Assembly: GCA_965655095.1 (NCBI GenBank)
Contig: OZ296655.1
Span: 33,976,001 to 34,040,000 of the forward strand
DNA from: Haplodiscus bocki
Taxonomy: Eukaryota
Direction: 5' to 3'
Length of the DNA stretch: 64,000 nucleotides
Part shown: positions 63,481 to 64,000 of the stretch, piece after piece
Layout of the letters: each line of letters starts with the position of its first letter
Numbering within the stretch: the first letter of the stretch is position 1
The notes under the pieces: model-generated
The model's database searches: none
What the model was told of the DNA's origin: nothing
Seen by the model: the letters and a program-made list of their open reading frames with translations, nothing else
Position numbers and translations under genes: made by a program

Positions 63481-64000
63481 GTTGTGATCTCGGAAAAGAA
63501 CAGTGACTACAAGAGTCTGCTATTTTCAATAAAGTGAAAGCGCGCGCTGAAAACTGGGACTGAAATTCGAGACAGTACCCTTGCAAAGTTTCTGGAAAGA
63601 AACTTTTTACTAACTTTGACCAGAGTTTGAAAAAACTCACCACAAAATTTTAAAGTTATCGAAAGCTTTCGCGGTGTAATTGACAAGAAACCGCGGCCGT
63701 TTGTACGATTCGAAAATTATCACGCGGAAACAGACTTCTCAACACGTTAAAAAACGATATACGTTCCCGTCAACATTCTCCTGAGTTCAAATACAAAAAA
63801 AGTGCCTTGCAAGTATAGGTCACCAAATTTCTTCGATGTTCGCTCAAATTTTTATTGAAAAGAGAGGACGTGCTCTGAGCAGCTGCAGAATTTCTTTTGT
63901 GGTGTCATTGTCAATTCTTCGGGCACAAAAACTATATTTGGTTCCCCGAAAACAAAAACTTTGACGTATCTGTGGAACGCCCACTGTTGTGAGATCAATC

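Noticed and set aside
36894-63486. Intact autonomous Polinton with a 6-bp TSD
   Set aside because: The flanks match only 4 of 6 positions, the termini are diverged, all pPolB copies are disrupted, and no integrase or capsid is seen.

Overview
Eukaryotic, AT-rich, repeat-dense DNA with GT-AG introns and animal-type transposon families; I cannot identify the species. The only intact host gene I can support is NOP2/NSUN1 (nucleolar rRNA m5C methyltransferase). It has three + strand coding exons (6906-8165, 11170-11293, 35550-36034; 622 aa) and introns of 3.0 kb and 24.3 kb. The rest is mostly decayed mobile DNA. An Ingi/Vingi-like LINE lies upstream and a 5'-truncated CR1/L2 LINE sits in intron 1. 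Intron 2 holds a ~580-bp satellite and a CACTA/EnSpm transposase pseudogene, preceded on the same strand by remnants of a SUV4-20/Set9-like SET gene and weaker OTU-like and SGNH-like genes; the last two lie in a 5.5-kb tandem duplication. Downstream (36900-63480) is a 26.6-kb Polinton/Maverick-derived structure with AGTAG...CTACT termini, three tandem pPolB pseudogene units and one inverted unit. The best novelty candidates are the CACTA region with possible chromatin-modifier cargo and the concatemeric, palindromic Polinton derivative. All domain calls come from manual translation and motif recognition, not database searches, and repeat boundaries are approximate.
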